Origin: an uncultured Anaerolineaceae bacterium
GTDB taxonomy: Bacteria > Chloroflexota > Anaerolineae > Anaerolineales > E44-bin32
DNA length: 58,628 nucleotides
Reading direction: 5' to 3'
NCBI GenBank assembly: GCA_964517315.1
Contig: CAZFCJ010000006.1
Span: forward strand, 1-58,628
In this document: positions 1 to 9,798 of the stretch, one piece after another
How the letters are laid out: every line of letters begins with the position of its first letter
Numbering within the stretch: the first letter of the stretch is position 1
Notes under the pieces: generated by a model
Databases searched by the model: none
What the model saw: only the letters and a program-made list of their open reading frames with translations
Told to the model about the DNA's origin: nothing
Position numbers and translations under genes: made by a program

Positions 1-1
1 G

Positions 2-1321
2 GGCCAAGACGGTCTCAGCTTCAGGGATGATCGCCACGAGCACGTCGATGGCCGGTGGGTTCCAATGCTCAGGATTGCGGTTGAAGCGCCAGGATTCGTT
101 CTTGCGCCAGTGGCCAAAGGTCCACGGGCCGCTGCCCACCGGCTCGGGGTTTTCGAACTCGTTGGGGGTATCCACCTCCTCCCAGATGTGCTTGGGGGCG
201 ATGAAGATGAACGGCAGTGAACTGTTGACGAAGGGTGCGAAGGCCTCCTTCAAAGTGAAGCGCACCGTTAGATCATCGGTGGCTTCCACGCTCTCCAAAT
301 TCTCAACCACACCCAGCCACTGTGGGAACTGATGCTGGATGGCGTAATTGACGGTGAATTCCACGTCTTCAGCCGTCACCGGCTCGTCGTCGTGAAAGCT
401 CATGTCGGAGCGGAGCGTCAGATCAAGTGTCGTGTCGTCCGCCCAATCCCACGACTCGGCGGCCCATGGGACTACCTCGTTTTCGGTGTCCAAGCGCGCG
501 AGGGTATCGTACACCCATCGCATCGTGTCGGTGTTGAACGAGCCTCCTGAGGCGATGAACGGATTGGTCGAGTTCCCCTCATGGTCGTTGGACACCTTGA
601 ACACCGTCTCGTCCGTCCTGGGACGGATGCTGAGATAGGAGAAGAGGTTGTTCCAGCGGGTAATCCCTCCGCCAAACACAGGGATAAACCCCTCCCAACG
701 GTCCGAGTTGTAGGCCAACACGTCGTTGAGGAAGTACATGCTGTACCAGGGGTTTTCCTCGGCGAAGATCTCTTGGGCCTGGTGGATCAATTCAAGGCGC
801 GCCTCGGGGTCTAACTCCCTGGCCTGGGCATCCACGATCGCATCGAACTCAGAGTTCGAGTATTGGGCCAGGTTGCGGCCGCCCGGTTCCGCACGTTTCG
901 AGTGCAGCAGTTCGGTGAGGACCCAATTCGGGTCGAAGCGGTCGCCGTTCAGGCCCCACGCAGTGCCTGTAAACGCACCGTAATCGTGCTCGTTTATGGC
1001 TTTCTCGATCCAGGATGTCGGCGCCACGATCTGCACGTTCACCTGCAGCCCGAGCTTCTCCAATTCGGGGCTGAGCTGCCGCCAGGTCTCCTCCCAGGCC
1101 GTCGATTGCAGTTCGACGACCTCCAGTTCAGGTACAAGTTCACCGAGCTCCCCCCCGGTGGCCTCCGTGGCCGATGGCGCCCCGTCGGTCGCCGCCTCCG
1201 GTGCGCACGCGTGCAGTACCGCCCCCCCGACCACGATCAGGCCACCGCTTAAAAATTGACGGCGGGTAAGCCTGGCCGCATTCTTGTTTCGTCGGCTTTG
1301 GTCGATCTCCTTCATCGACAT
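2..1321 (-). CDS. ABC transporter substrate-binding protein, family 5 (peptide/Opp/Dpp type), Tat lipoprotein; runs off the left edge
   Basis: Manual translation (absent from ORF track): MSMKEIDQSRRNKNAARLTRRQFLSGGLIVVGGAVLHAC gives Tat motif TRRQFL and lipobox LHAC. Family-5 motifs YDTLARLD, PWAAESW, FHDDEPVTAEDVEFT, PVGSGPW. GGAG RBS upstream; start 1321 or 1315. Confidence 0.85.
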   Translation of the reverse strand, partial: MSMKEIDQSRRNKNAARLTRRQFLSGGLIVVGGAVLHACAPEAATDGAPSATEATGGELGELVPELEVVELQSTAWEETWRQLSPELEKLGLQVNVQIVAPTSWIEKAINEHDYGAFTGTAWGLNGDRFDPNWVLTELLHSKRAEPGGRNLAQYSNSEFDAIVDAQARELDPEARLELIHQAQEIFAEENPWYSMYFLNDVLAYNSDRWEGFIPVFGGGITRWNNLFSYLSIRPRTDETVFKVSNDHEGNSTNPFIASGGSFNTDTMRWVYDTLARLDTENEVVPWAAESWDWADDTTLDLTLRSDMSFHDDEPVTAEDVEFTVNYAIQHQFPQWLGVVENLESVEATDDLTVRFTLKEAFAPFVNSSLPFIFIAPKHIWEEVDTPNEFENPEPVGSGPWTFGHWRKNESWRFNRNPEHWNPPAIDVLVAIIPEAETVLA

Positions 1322-1452
1322 CTTCTCGTCTCCAATCTTTCTCATTTGGGCGAAATCTCTTCACGCGGATCCCAAATCCACGTATTGGGGGAGGGTCGGG
1401 CCAGGGGTCATCTCATGGGCAAGAAGCGCCCGACGCCATGCCGTCTACAGCT

Positions 1453-1962
1453 TCATTCCACCTCCTCCTTCTCCACCCGCGACTCCTCGGAACTGCCCTT
1501 GCGGAGAATGTTGTCGTAACGGAAGGTGAGTTTGGTTTCTTTGAGGACCCGGTTCGTCTGAATGCGGCGCACTCCGGGGATCGAAGAGACCGTCTCCGTC
1601 AGGAAATGAAACAACTCCTCCTCGGAATTCAACGCCGCGGTGAACATGATGTCATGCTCGCCCGTCGCGTAGCCGACGTACATCGTCTCTTCCAGTGCCG
1701 CAATGGCCTCCGCGATCTCACGAATCCGATCCAGCTCAACTTCAAGCCCGCTGATAATGCGGATATGCTGGCCGATTTTGGTCGGATCGACGATCGCCAC
1801 AACCTGCATGATCTCTTCGTTCACAAGGCGCTCGATCCGGTTGCGTACCGTCACATCAGAAACGTCCAACTCCCGCGCCAAGGATACCTTTGTGCGCGAG
1901 GCGTCATCCATCAAGAGGGCAATCAACCGCCGATCAAGGTCGTCAAGCTTGATATCAGTCAT
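1453..1962 (-). CDS. Lrp/AsnC family transcriptional regulator
   Basis: LDDLDRRLIALLMDDASRT...LARELDVSDVTVRNRIERL HTH; C-terminal RAM domain with TGEHDI. Confidence 0.92.
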   Translation of the reverse strand: MTDIKLDDLDRRLIALLMDDASRTKVSLARELDVSDVTVRNRIERLVNEEIMQVVAIVDPTKIGQHIRIISGLEVELDRIREIAEAIAALEETMYVGYATGEHDIMFTAALNSEEELFHFLTETVSSIPGVRRIQTNRVLKETKLTFRYDNILRKGSSEESRVEKEEVE

Positions 1963-2495
1963 ATAGGCCTCACTGCAAATCTTGTACTACATTAATTAGA
2001 GAACGTCAAGTAATTAGGCGGATTCTTTCGGAATTCGAATCTATTTGGGCGATAAGTTGTCAATCAACAAAGTGAGCCGCCTGAGCCTGACCGGGCGCCG
2101 CTCACCGGGTAGCGACGGTTTTTGGCCTGCCATCCTCGCACGAGAGCGGCCGTCCAGGGCAAACAGAAGGCATCGTGGTGCCCCCTCGACGCGGCCCTGA
2201 CCGCCCGGAGGGGATAGAATGAGATCGGCATTCCACACAACGGCCCCCAGCGATCCCGGTCGCGAACTGAGCCGTTCTTTTCTAGTAACGCCGATCGCTC
2301 AAGCACCAGCCCGGGTGGCAACGCTCTCTCAGAGGGCATGGTCTCGACCGAACGCTCCGGGAGAACGCCTCGGCCATCCGTGGCCTGCGCACGGACGCTG
2401 GCGGCACAAAGCGGACCGGATCCAATCGGGGTCGCGGCTTACACCGTGACAAGCAGCAAGCGCCAGATTGACCCATCTCAAGGAGGTAGCGGACT

Positions 2496-2876
2496 ATGGA
2501 TCAATCGGAATCGTCTCCGCACGCGGCTAGGAATACAGGCGATGATCAGGAATTGACGGCCATCGGCGATTCCGATGCCGTTCGGCGGCGCAGAAAGGGT
2601 TGGAATTTGTACGCCGCCGATCGTCTCGACGAGGCACTGTCGTTCCTGCGCGAGGCCCAAGAAGCGATGCCCGAAGACTACGAAATTTCGTTCCTGCTCG
2701 GGCTGACGTATAAGCGCCGCGGCTCGCCGGAGAAGGCCAAGGAGGCCTTTGAGCTGACATTCGGGAATCTTAAGTTGATTGAGGACGAGCGTCGGCGTGA
2801 GATGCTGCGCCGGATCGTCAAGCGTCAGCGCAATCACACCCACGCGGGCACATTCTATTTGGAAGAGGAAGGCTGA
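2496..2876 (+). CDS. Tetratricopeptide-repeat protein
   Basis: TPR-like helices (GWNLYAADRLDEALSFL...FLLGLTYKRRGSPEKAKEAF); AGGAGG RBS upstream. Confidence 0.7.
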   Translation: MDQSESSPHAARNTGDDQELTAIGDSDAVRRRRKGWNLYAADRLDEALSFLREAQEAMPEDYEISFLLGLTYKRRGSPEKAKEAFELTFGNLKLIEDERRREMLRRIVKRQRNHTHAGTFYLEEEG

Positions 2877-3013
2877 TCCCGACCGCGCCCTCGCTGGTGA
2901 AGGCCGCCCGTTCATGCGTCCGCCGACCCTGAGTTCCCCCAGCGGCCAAGTCTTACCTTATCGAAGCAAATATCATAATTCACTTTGGTTTTCTAATTTC
3001 AGTCTCCTATCCT

Positions 3014-3042
3014 TTGAGAATTGCTTTGTTCTCCGATATAAT
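3014..3042 (+). promoter_or_regulatory. Sigma70-type promoter for the selenoprotein/MFS/aminotransferase operon
   Basis: TTGAGA (3014-3019), 17 nt, TATAAT (3037-3042) in an AT-rich tract, 47 nt upstream of ATG 3089. Confidence 0.7.
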
Positions 3043-3088
3043 GCTCTAGAAAATCGTCAGCGGTCTCGGAGGGTGTGGAGCCGGCAGG

Positions 3089-4612
3089 ATGGCTTGGCTA
3101 CGGGTGAAGCGGGATGAGTTCAATCAGGACATTCTACGTCACTACAGAGACTTCGTTCGGGCGCAAGATCAGACCTCCCTCTCCTATCTTCAGCGTCAAC
3201 TGATCTTCGTCGTAGTATCCACCGTCAACAAATGTAGATATTGAGCGAATACACATGCCCAGTGGGTCCGTGAGGCCACACACAACGCCCGACTGGCTCG
3301 AGATCTCCTCATCGATTTCCGCAAGGCCGACCTTTCGGATCGGGATCGAGCCATGCTCGAATTCGCAGTCAAGGCAGCCCGTCACGAACAGGAGCTGAAC
3401 CAGGATGAGTTGGCGCAGATGCGGGCCTTGGGATTCACCGATGCGGATTTGTTGGCGATCATATACTGGGTCGCAAACGTCAATCTCGCCAACACATTGA
3501 CGGCGAATGTGGGACTGGCACTGCACGAAGGCATGGACGCGATCTTTGTCGAAGATGAGTCGCCTCAAGTCGATGCGAGCTCCCAGCGTTCGCTGGGGGG
3601 CACGCATGAGTCCCTGCGCGCCGGATGGCAGCGGGCCTCGATTCCGGCGATGGAGGGCGCCGACCTTGAGTGGCTCAACAGTGATCCGCTCAGCTGGGCG
3701 GACCTGCAGGGGAGGCCCCTTCTCTTCCTGCACCTGGATCTCACTCACGCCAACACCCTTCACTCGATCCCCCAGCTCTCGCGTCTGCACCGGGCAATGG
3801 GTGATAAATTGGTCGTCATCGCTCTTCAGGCCGGCGAGTTCTCGCTGGGAAAGGATCGGGGCTTTACCCTGGCTGAGATCGGGCGCTTGGGGATATCCTT
3901 CCCGGTCGTCTTCGATCCCGACTACCGCCGAATGGCCGGCGCGAACAACCGCTTTTGGCCCTCCCTTCAACTCATCGATAGAGACGGTTTCGTTCGTTTC
4001 CGTCAGTACGGCCCGGCAGGGTTTGGGGCGTTGGCAGAGCAACTGCTATCGATCGTGGATGGAGTGAACGCAGTTCCTGCGGCGCTTGAACCCGAAGGTG
4101 ACGATCCCGGAGAGCAGCTCTGGCTGCATCCTGACGCCACCCCGGAGCTCTACACGACTTTTCGGGGCGGGAACCGCAAGGGTGGGCGTGTGGGGACCAC
4201 TGGGGAGGTGAAGGGTTTCAACCAGGCAGAGGTCTCCGAGCCGGACTACCTCTATATTGAAGGGGAGTGGTCCATGGAAACGGACGGCCTAGTCTTGGCC
4301 TCGAAGACTGGAAGGATGCACTTCCGGTACCATGCTCAGAGGCTGGGCGTGCTAGTCTCATCCAGCGATACGAGTCGTTCCCGGATCCTTTTATCGCTGG
4401 ACGGCGAGGATATCGACCGCGCGGCGCGGGGCCGCGACCTCGACGACTTATCTCAGCTCGACGTCGGGGAACCGCGGTTTCACTGGCTGGTCGAACATCA
4501 TAGGTTCGACCATCATCACCTCGACGTACAGATCAGTGGGCCTGGCACGAAGGTGTTTAGGTTTAACTTTCTCCCCTTCCGTGGAGAGCCCCATGTGTTC
4601 ATGGGGGCGTAG
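3089..4612 (+). CDS. Probable selenoprotein (507 aa): AhpD/peroxidase-related domain with CxxU, fused to a redoxin-like fold and a DipZ-type C-terminal domain
   Basis: ATG 3089 (MAWLRVKR, GGAG RBS) is in frame with ORF 3353..4612 across a single TGA at 3242-3244, in the context QLIFVVVSTVNK-C-R-Y-TGA-ANTH, the AhpD CxxCxxxH position. The AhpD-like second half LSDRDRAMLEFAVK...LGFTDADL follows. Confidence 0.8.
3254..3272 (+). promoter_or_regulatory. Candidate bacterial SECIS hairpin
   Basis: CATGCCC-AGT-GGGT(CC)GTG folds by eye into a bulged stem with a G-containing AGU loop starting 16 nt after the UGA; not computed. Confidence 0.4.
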
Positions 4613-4624
4613 AGCTGTGCGGCC

Positions 4625-5869
4625 ATGAACACAAGCAACCCGATGGTACGGCTCCTCGGAACAAACCAACTGGTGTTCGCGCTGTCCTTCGCCCGCATGG
4701 CGGATTCGATGGGCAACAGCATCCTGCTCATCTTGCTCCCACTTTATGTTGCCGAGGTCCCAGCCCACTTTCTGAATTTGCCCGAATCCGTCCTGGTGGG
4801 CATTCTTATCTCACTTTACGGCCTTACATTCACGCTGTTTCAACCGATCTTTGGCGTCCTTTCGGACCATTCGAGTCGGCGAAAGACGATCATCTTGGGA
4901 GGACTCCTCCTTATGGCGATCAGCACAGCGGCTTTCGTGATCGCGGGTCGATATGCCGAGGTGCTGGCCCTTAGGATGCTTCAGGGTCTGGCGGTCGCGA
5001 TGACCATTCCGGCCTCTCTGACGCTGCTGGCGAACGCCACAGAGAAGCACTACCGGGGCGGTTCGATGGGAGTGTACAGCACCATGCGCCTGATCGGACT
5101 TGGGACCGGCCCAGTGGTCGCCGGATTCCTGCACGTACGGTACGGGTTTGACATCGCCTTCTACACTGGGTCGGGCATGGTCCTGGCCAGCGCCATTCTG
5201 GTTCAGCTTTGGGTCAAGGAAGAAATGGGCTCCCATGAGCCGGTCCACCCACCCAAATTCAAGCTTTTCGATCGCAAGGCGATGGATCGGGACATTTTGT
5301 GGTTGATGGTCGCCACAACCCTGATGGCCAGCGCCTACACGATGGTCAACACACTGGAGAACGAGTTCAACGCTCGCCTCCAACAGACCGCGATGGGATT
5401 TGGATTGGCTTACAGCGCTCTCGTCTTCGGTCGGTTGCTCTTTCAAGTGCCCGTCGGTCGCCTATCCGATCGGATCGGCCGCAAACCCGTGATCGTGGCC
5501 GGCTTGCTGCTCCTGGGCTTGGCCACGGCGGTGCTCGGCTACGTCAGGACGACATTTGAGTTCGCCGGCACACGAACCTTTCAAGGCATCGCGACGGCGG
5601 CAATCGGCTCCCCGATTTTGGCGCTGACGGCCGACCTTTCCGAAGAAGGAAGCGAAGGACGCCGTCTGAGTATCGTCAACACCGGTTTCGGGTTGGGCAT
5701 CATGATTGGCCCTCTCCTCGCCGGTGTGCTCGCGACGGCCTTTTTCGAACTTCCCTTCTTGCTGGGAGGACTCCTTTCTCTATGCAGCGGGTGGATCGTG
5801 TATCGTTACGTACCGGAAAGCATCCAACAATCGGATCTGTACGATCTGGGCCCAGTGGAGACGACATGA
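4625..5869 (+). CDS. MFS transporter
   Basis: About 12 hydrophobic segments; motif A variants GVLSDHSSRRK and GRLSDRIGRK. Confidence 0.92.
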   Translation: MNTSNPMVRLLGTNQLVFALSFARMADSMGNSILLILLPLYVAEVPAHFLNLPESVLVGILISLYGLTFTLFQPIFGVLSDHSSRRKTIILGGLLLMAISTAAFVIAGRYAEVLALRMLQGLAVAMTIPASLTLLANATEKHYRGGSMGVYSTMRLIGLGTGPVVAGFLHVRYGFDIAFYTGSGMVLASAILVQLWVKEEMGSHEPVHPPKFKLFDRKAMDRDILWLMVATTLMASAYTMVNTLENEFNARLQQTAMGFGLAYSALVFGRLLFQVPVGRLSDRIGRKPVIVAGLLLLGLATAVLGYVRTTFEFAGTRTFQGIATAAIGSPILALTADLSEEGSEGRRLSIVNTGFGLGIMIGPLLAGVLATAFFELPFLLGGLLSLCSGWIVYRYVPESIQQSDLYDLGPVETT

Positions 5870-5918
5870 CCTTCAGACCTCACACCAATCTCGGAGCTAA
5901 AGAGGTCCACTAAACGGC

Positions 5919-7139
5919 ATGGGCGACAGATTCGGAGTGAACTCGACCGTTGCTGCCCTTGCATTCGGCCGTTTAGTCGAGGCGATCGGCAACGGCATCA
6001 TGCTGGTACTCCTACCGCCCTTCGTCGCTGCGCTCCCGACACTCCCGACATCGCTTCCAGAGACCGTGCTCATCGGCATCGTGATTTCACTGTATGGAAT
6101 GGTCTTCACCTTCCTACAGCCTGTGGCCGCCATATTCGCGGACCGGATCCCCCGTAGAAAACCGATGATTCTGGCCGGCCTTTTGGTTATGGGCAGCGCC
6201 TCAGCTGGATACGCACTTACCGGACGCTACATCCAGCTGCTCGTCCTGCGCATGTTCCAGGGGATGGCATTGGCCGTAATCATCGCCTCATCGCTCGCCC
6301 TCTTGGCCAGCGAAACCAAGGCGGACACAAGAGGGTCTGCTATCGGAATTTACGATTCGATGCGGATGATCGGCCTGGGCCTGGGACCGCTGATCGGTGG
6401 TCTCTTGCAGGTCAATTTCGGCTTCGACACCGCTTTCTACGCCGGCGCGGTAGCCGCGCTCATCGGCGCCGCTCTCGTGTACCGTTGGGTTCAGGAGACG
6501 AAACCAGGGCATAATCCTCCAATGCTGGGCTCCAGCAAACTCTTCGACCGTTCCTTGCTCACCCCCAACCTGCTCGGTTTGGGCCTCGCGACGACCCTGG
6601 TAGCCGTCATCTTCATCACGGTGACCACCCTCGAAAACGTGTTCAACGCACGACTGGAACAGACATCGTTCGGATTTGGCTTCGCCCTGAGTATGCTCAC
6701 CTTCAGCCGTTTGTTGGTCCAGGTTCCGCTCGGGCGGCTCTCAGATCACATCGGACGCAAACCCCTCATCTTGGCCGGTCTCCTGCTGCTCGTACCTTCA
6801 ACGGCGTTGATGGCCGCCGTGACGACAACATGGCAGCTCGCGGCGCTGATGGCCATGCTCGGCATATCGACGGCCGCAATCGCCTCTCCGGCCTACGCCC
6901 TGGCCGCCGATCAATCCGAGGCGGGGAGCGAGGGCCGGCGAATGAGCATCGTGACCTTGGGCTTCGGGATCGGTATGATGGGAGGTCCCCTGTTCGCCGG
7001 TACACTCGCATCGGCTTCATTTGTTCTGCCGTTCGCCCTCAGCAGCTTCGCAGCGTTGCTCGGCGCCTGGTTCGTTCACAATTTCGTTCACGACACTCCC
7101 AATGTGCCCGTCTCTGCGCGCGATATCGGTCAGGGATGA
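5919..7139 (+). CDS. MFS transporter (tandem paralog of the upstream gene)
   Basis: GRLSDHIGRKP motif; colinear similarity to 4625..5869 (LPE.VL.GI.ISLYG..FT..QP; EGRR.SIV..GFG.G.M.GPL). Confidence 0.92.
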   Translation: MGDRFGVNSTVAALAFGRLVEAIGNGIMLVLLPPFVAALPTLPTSLPETVLIGIVISLYGMVFTFLQPVAAIFADRIPRRKPMILAGLLVMGSASAGYALTGRYIQLLVLRMFQGMALAVIIASSLALLASETKADTRGSAIGIYDSMRMIGLGLGPLIGGLLQVNFGFDTAFYAGAVAALIGAALVYRWVQETKPGHNPPMLGSSKLFDRSLLTPNLLGLGLATTLVAVIFITVTTLENVFNARLEQTSFGFGFALSMLTFSRLLVQVPLGRLSDHIGRKPLILAGLLLLVPSTALMAAVTTTWQLAALMAMLGISTAAIASPAYALAADQSEAGSEGRRMSIVTLGFGIGMMGGPLFAGTLASASFVLPFALSSFAALLGAWFVHNFVHDTPNVPVSARDIGQG

Positions 7140-7209
7140 ATATTGGATTCCGAGGCGCGCCCAGGAGAGTTCTCTCTGTCGTCGACCACAAAAAGGAGCT
7201 TCCGACAAC

Positions 7210-8280
7210 ATGGATTCTGCCCTGAGCACACCCCTGGAAGTCCCAGTCAACGGAAGGGACTTCCGCGGCGATTACCCCGCAGTACCCATCAGCGGGGAGA
7301 TCCTCGCTGAGGTGGAGGCAGCCGGAAAGCGTGGTGAGACGCATTATGTGCAGGTCCCAGGCATCCCTGCCCTGCGAGAAGCTGTCTGCCATTTCCTTGC
7401 CACTTTGGGTCTGGACCGTCCAGCGGAGGACATCGTCATCACGTCTGGGGAGCAGGAAGGGCGGTTCCTCGCATTAGGAGCAGTCCTCGGGCCCGACGGC
7501 ACAGTGGCAGTCCCAGAGGTCGTTCATCCACGAGCGAGACTTGCTCTGGAAGTGCGGCACGCGAACTCCCTGACCGTGGAAGTGCCGAGGGGCCAGCGTT
7601 ATCTGCCCTCCATCCCCACAATCGAGCGAATCGTTGACGGAGGTTCTCGTCTGCTCTACCTCGAATCACCGAGTCGGCTGACCGGATTCGCCTACTCCGA
7701 AGGTGAAGTTGAAAGGCTCGGCGAGCTTGTCAGGGCCTATCAAGCCGATGTCGTATGGGACCAGACCCTGGCCCCTGCTTACCTCGGCGAGTATCAATCG
7801 CTCGCCAATACCGCCCCCGATCGTACTTTGGCCTTCGGGTCGCTGTGGCCCGGGCTCGGCATGGAGGCGTGGCAGCTTGGCTACATCCTCGCCGAGCCGG
7901 AGATGCGCGATCGGCTTGTGCGAGGCAAACAGATCTTGACCATCTGCACCTCAGCCCCAGTTCAAAAGTCCGGTGTAGTTGCGGCTGACGTATTCGGCAC
8001 TGAGCACCCTAACCTACTGGATCAAATGCGGGAAATGCGAGGCGAAGCGCTGAAAAAATTCTCGCATAATCCAGCCCTGCTCACCAGCCCAACGGCAAGC
8101 ATTCTGGTCGTCAGAGTCGATCACGCCGACGAGGTATGCGATCGCCTCGACGAGGATTGGGGATTTCTCCTGACCGACGGCTCACAATTTGGAGCGCCGG
8201 AACTTGTGAGGATGACGATGAAGCCGATACCCGAAGCGTTCGAGGTGTTGGAACTCTTGAGCCAGCCGCTTAACCAATGA
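7210..8280 (+). CDS. Class I/II aminotransferase-fold protein lacking the PLP lysine
   Basis: HY...GIPALREAV, IVITSG, ESPSRLTG; GSLWPGLGMEAWQLGY replaces GxSKxxxMTGWRxG. Start re-called at ATG 7210 behind AAGGAG. Confidence 0.8.
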   Translation: MDSALSTPLEVPVNGRDFRGDYPAVPISGEILAEVEAAGKRGETHYVQVPGIPALREAVCHFLATLGLDRPAEDIVITSGEQEGRFLALGAVLGPDGTVAVPEVVHPRARLALEVRHANSLTVEVPRGQRYLPSIPTIERIVDGGSRLLYLESPSRLTGFAYSEGEVERLGELVRAYQADVVWDQTLAPAYLGEYQSLANTAPDRTLAFGSLWPGLGMEAWQLGYILAEPEMRDRLVRGKQILTICTSAPVQKSGVVAADVFGTEHPNLLDQMREMRGEALKKFSHNPALLTSPTASILVVRVDHADEVCDRLDEDWGFLLTDGSQFGAPELVRMTMKPIPEAFEVLELLSQPLNQ

Positions 8281-9437
8281 CCTCCCAAGATAACGGCGAG
8301 CAAAAAGCACGCGGGACGAGCTTCCTTTATGCCCTCCTGGAGAAGGCGCGCCAGTACGACGACTTAATCGCCATGGGCCGGGGGGATCCTGACCTGGACA
8401 CTCCGGCCCACATCCTCGAGGCCCTCAGCGCCTCCCTGCGTCGTAGCGAAACGGAGCGGCCCAACATCTACGGACTATCGAGTTTGCGCAGATCGATATC
8501 CGAACGAGTTCGATCAGTGAATGGGATTGAAGTCGATCCGGATCAGGAAGTGTTGGTGACCAATGGCGCCCAGGAGGCCGTGTACATCGCCATCCTGACC
8601 CTGGCTGAGCCTGAATCGGATATCCTGGTTCCCGTCCCCGCCTACAACTCCTACCGCAACGCGATCGCACAGACCCAGGCCAGACTCGTCCCGATACTGA
8701 CGGCGATGGAGGATGCGTTCGAGGTCAGCGAGGAGGCGGCTCGGGCTGCTATCACCCCTGAGAGCCGCTGTATTATATTGAACTCGCCCAACAATCCTTC
8801 AGCTGCGGTCTTGTCGCCCCCAGTCGTCGAGAGGCTGGCGGAGTTTTCCGCTGAGCGGGACCTAAGAATCCTCGCGGATGACATCTACGATCGTTTCCTG
8901 TACGACGGCGCACAGCACCTTTCTCCAGCTTCTCTGCCAGAGGGGCGGGACCGAACTCTCACCGTCAACGGCGTATCGAAGGCCTACTCCATGACGGGCT
9001 GGCGCATGGGATGGGTCGTGGGACCAGTGCCGCTCATTGACCGCGCCGCAGAACTCAAAGCCGGGATCAGCGGCCCGACTTCTCTGGTCGCCCAGCACGC
9101 AGGGCTTGCGGCGTTGAACGGGCCCCAAGACTGCATCGACGAGGCCCATCAGACCTACATTCGCAGACGTGCTGCGGTTCTGGAGAAGTTAGACCAATTG
9201 GGGTTTACGTACGGACGGCCAAAGGGCGGTCAGTTCGTATTTGTGAACATAGAGAGCACTGGACTGGATGGTTGGGAGTTCGCGCAAAGGATATTGGATA
9301 AGACACACGTCCTTGTCTACCCGGGCGGGGCATTTGGGGACGATTGGCGCTCTTTCATACGCATCACCTTCCTCCAACCGCAGGCCGTTTTGAAGGCGGG
9401 TTTGGATAGGATCGCCGAGGTCGTGGACGAGCTTTAG
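8277..9437 (+). CDS. PLP-dependent aminotransferase class I (aspartate aminotransferase family)
   Basis: GRGDPD, VTNGAQEA, NSPNNP, DDIY, GVSKAYSMTGWRMG, FIRIT; ATGA overlap with the upstream gene. Confidence 0.93.
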   Translation: MTSQDNGEQKARGTSFLYALLEKARQYDDLIAMGRGDPDLDTPAHILEALSASLRRSETERPNIYGLSSLRRSISERVRSVNGIEVDPDQEVLVTNGAQEAVYIAILTLAEPESDILVPVPAYNSYRNAIAQTQARLVPILTAMEDAFEVSEEAARAAITPESRCIILNSPNNPSAAVLSPPVVERLAEFSAERDLRILADDIYDRFLYDGAQHLSPASLPEGRDRTLTVNGVSKAYSMTGWRMGWVVGPVPLIDRAAELKAGISGPTSLVAQHAGLAALNGPQDCIDEAHQTYIRRRAAVLEKLDQLGFTYGRPKGGQFVFVNIESTGLDGWEFAQRILDKTHVLVYPGGAFGDDWRSFIRITFLQPQAVLKAGLDRIAEVVDEL

Positions 9438-9798
9438 GCTATGACCTTCAACGCCACCGGGAGGACAGATACAGCGAGGCGTGGGTCAACAGCCCACGCT
9501 CGCCGGCCACCTCCTCGCCCCAAGACCAGCCTCGATTGTAACCGCGGTTCAGCGGCACTAATGGGGTCGGATACACTGAACTTTAGTCTAGACAACACCG
9601 AAGGCCCCGTCGGTGCTCACCGCTACCTTGTTCCCTTGGCCCGGCCTACTCGCGATGGACCCTTGACGTTGCGCATCTTCCCGCGTGACAGAGTGTTCGT
9701 CCTGCGGGTGGGGTGCGTTCTGAGGATTCCGACCTACGCTAATGGGGCCGCGCATTCGGGGAGACCCCATCCGAGCTCCCCGCCCTGGCCGATCGGGC

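Noticed and set aside
3353-4612. ORF-track start at 3353 as the true gene start
   Set aside because: It begins mid-AhpD domain without a clear RBS; the promoter, RBS and CxxU motif all lie upstream in the same frame
7021-7209. N-terminal extension of the aminotransferase-like ORF
   Set aside because: It overlaps the MFS gene; a good RBS precedes ATG 7210
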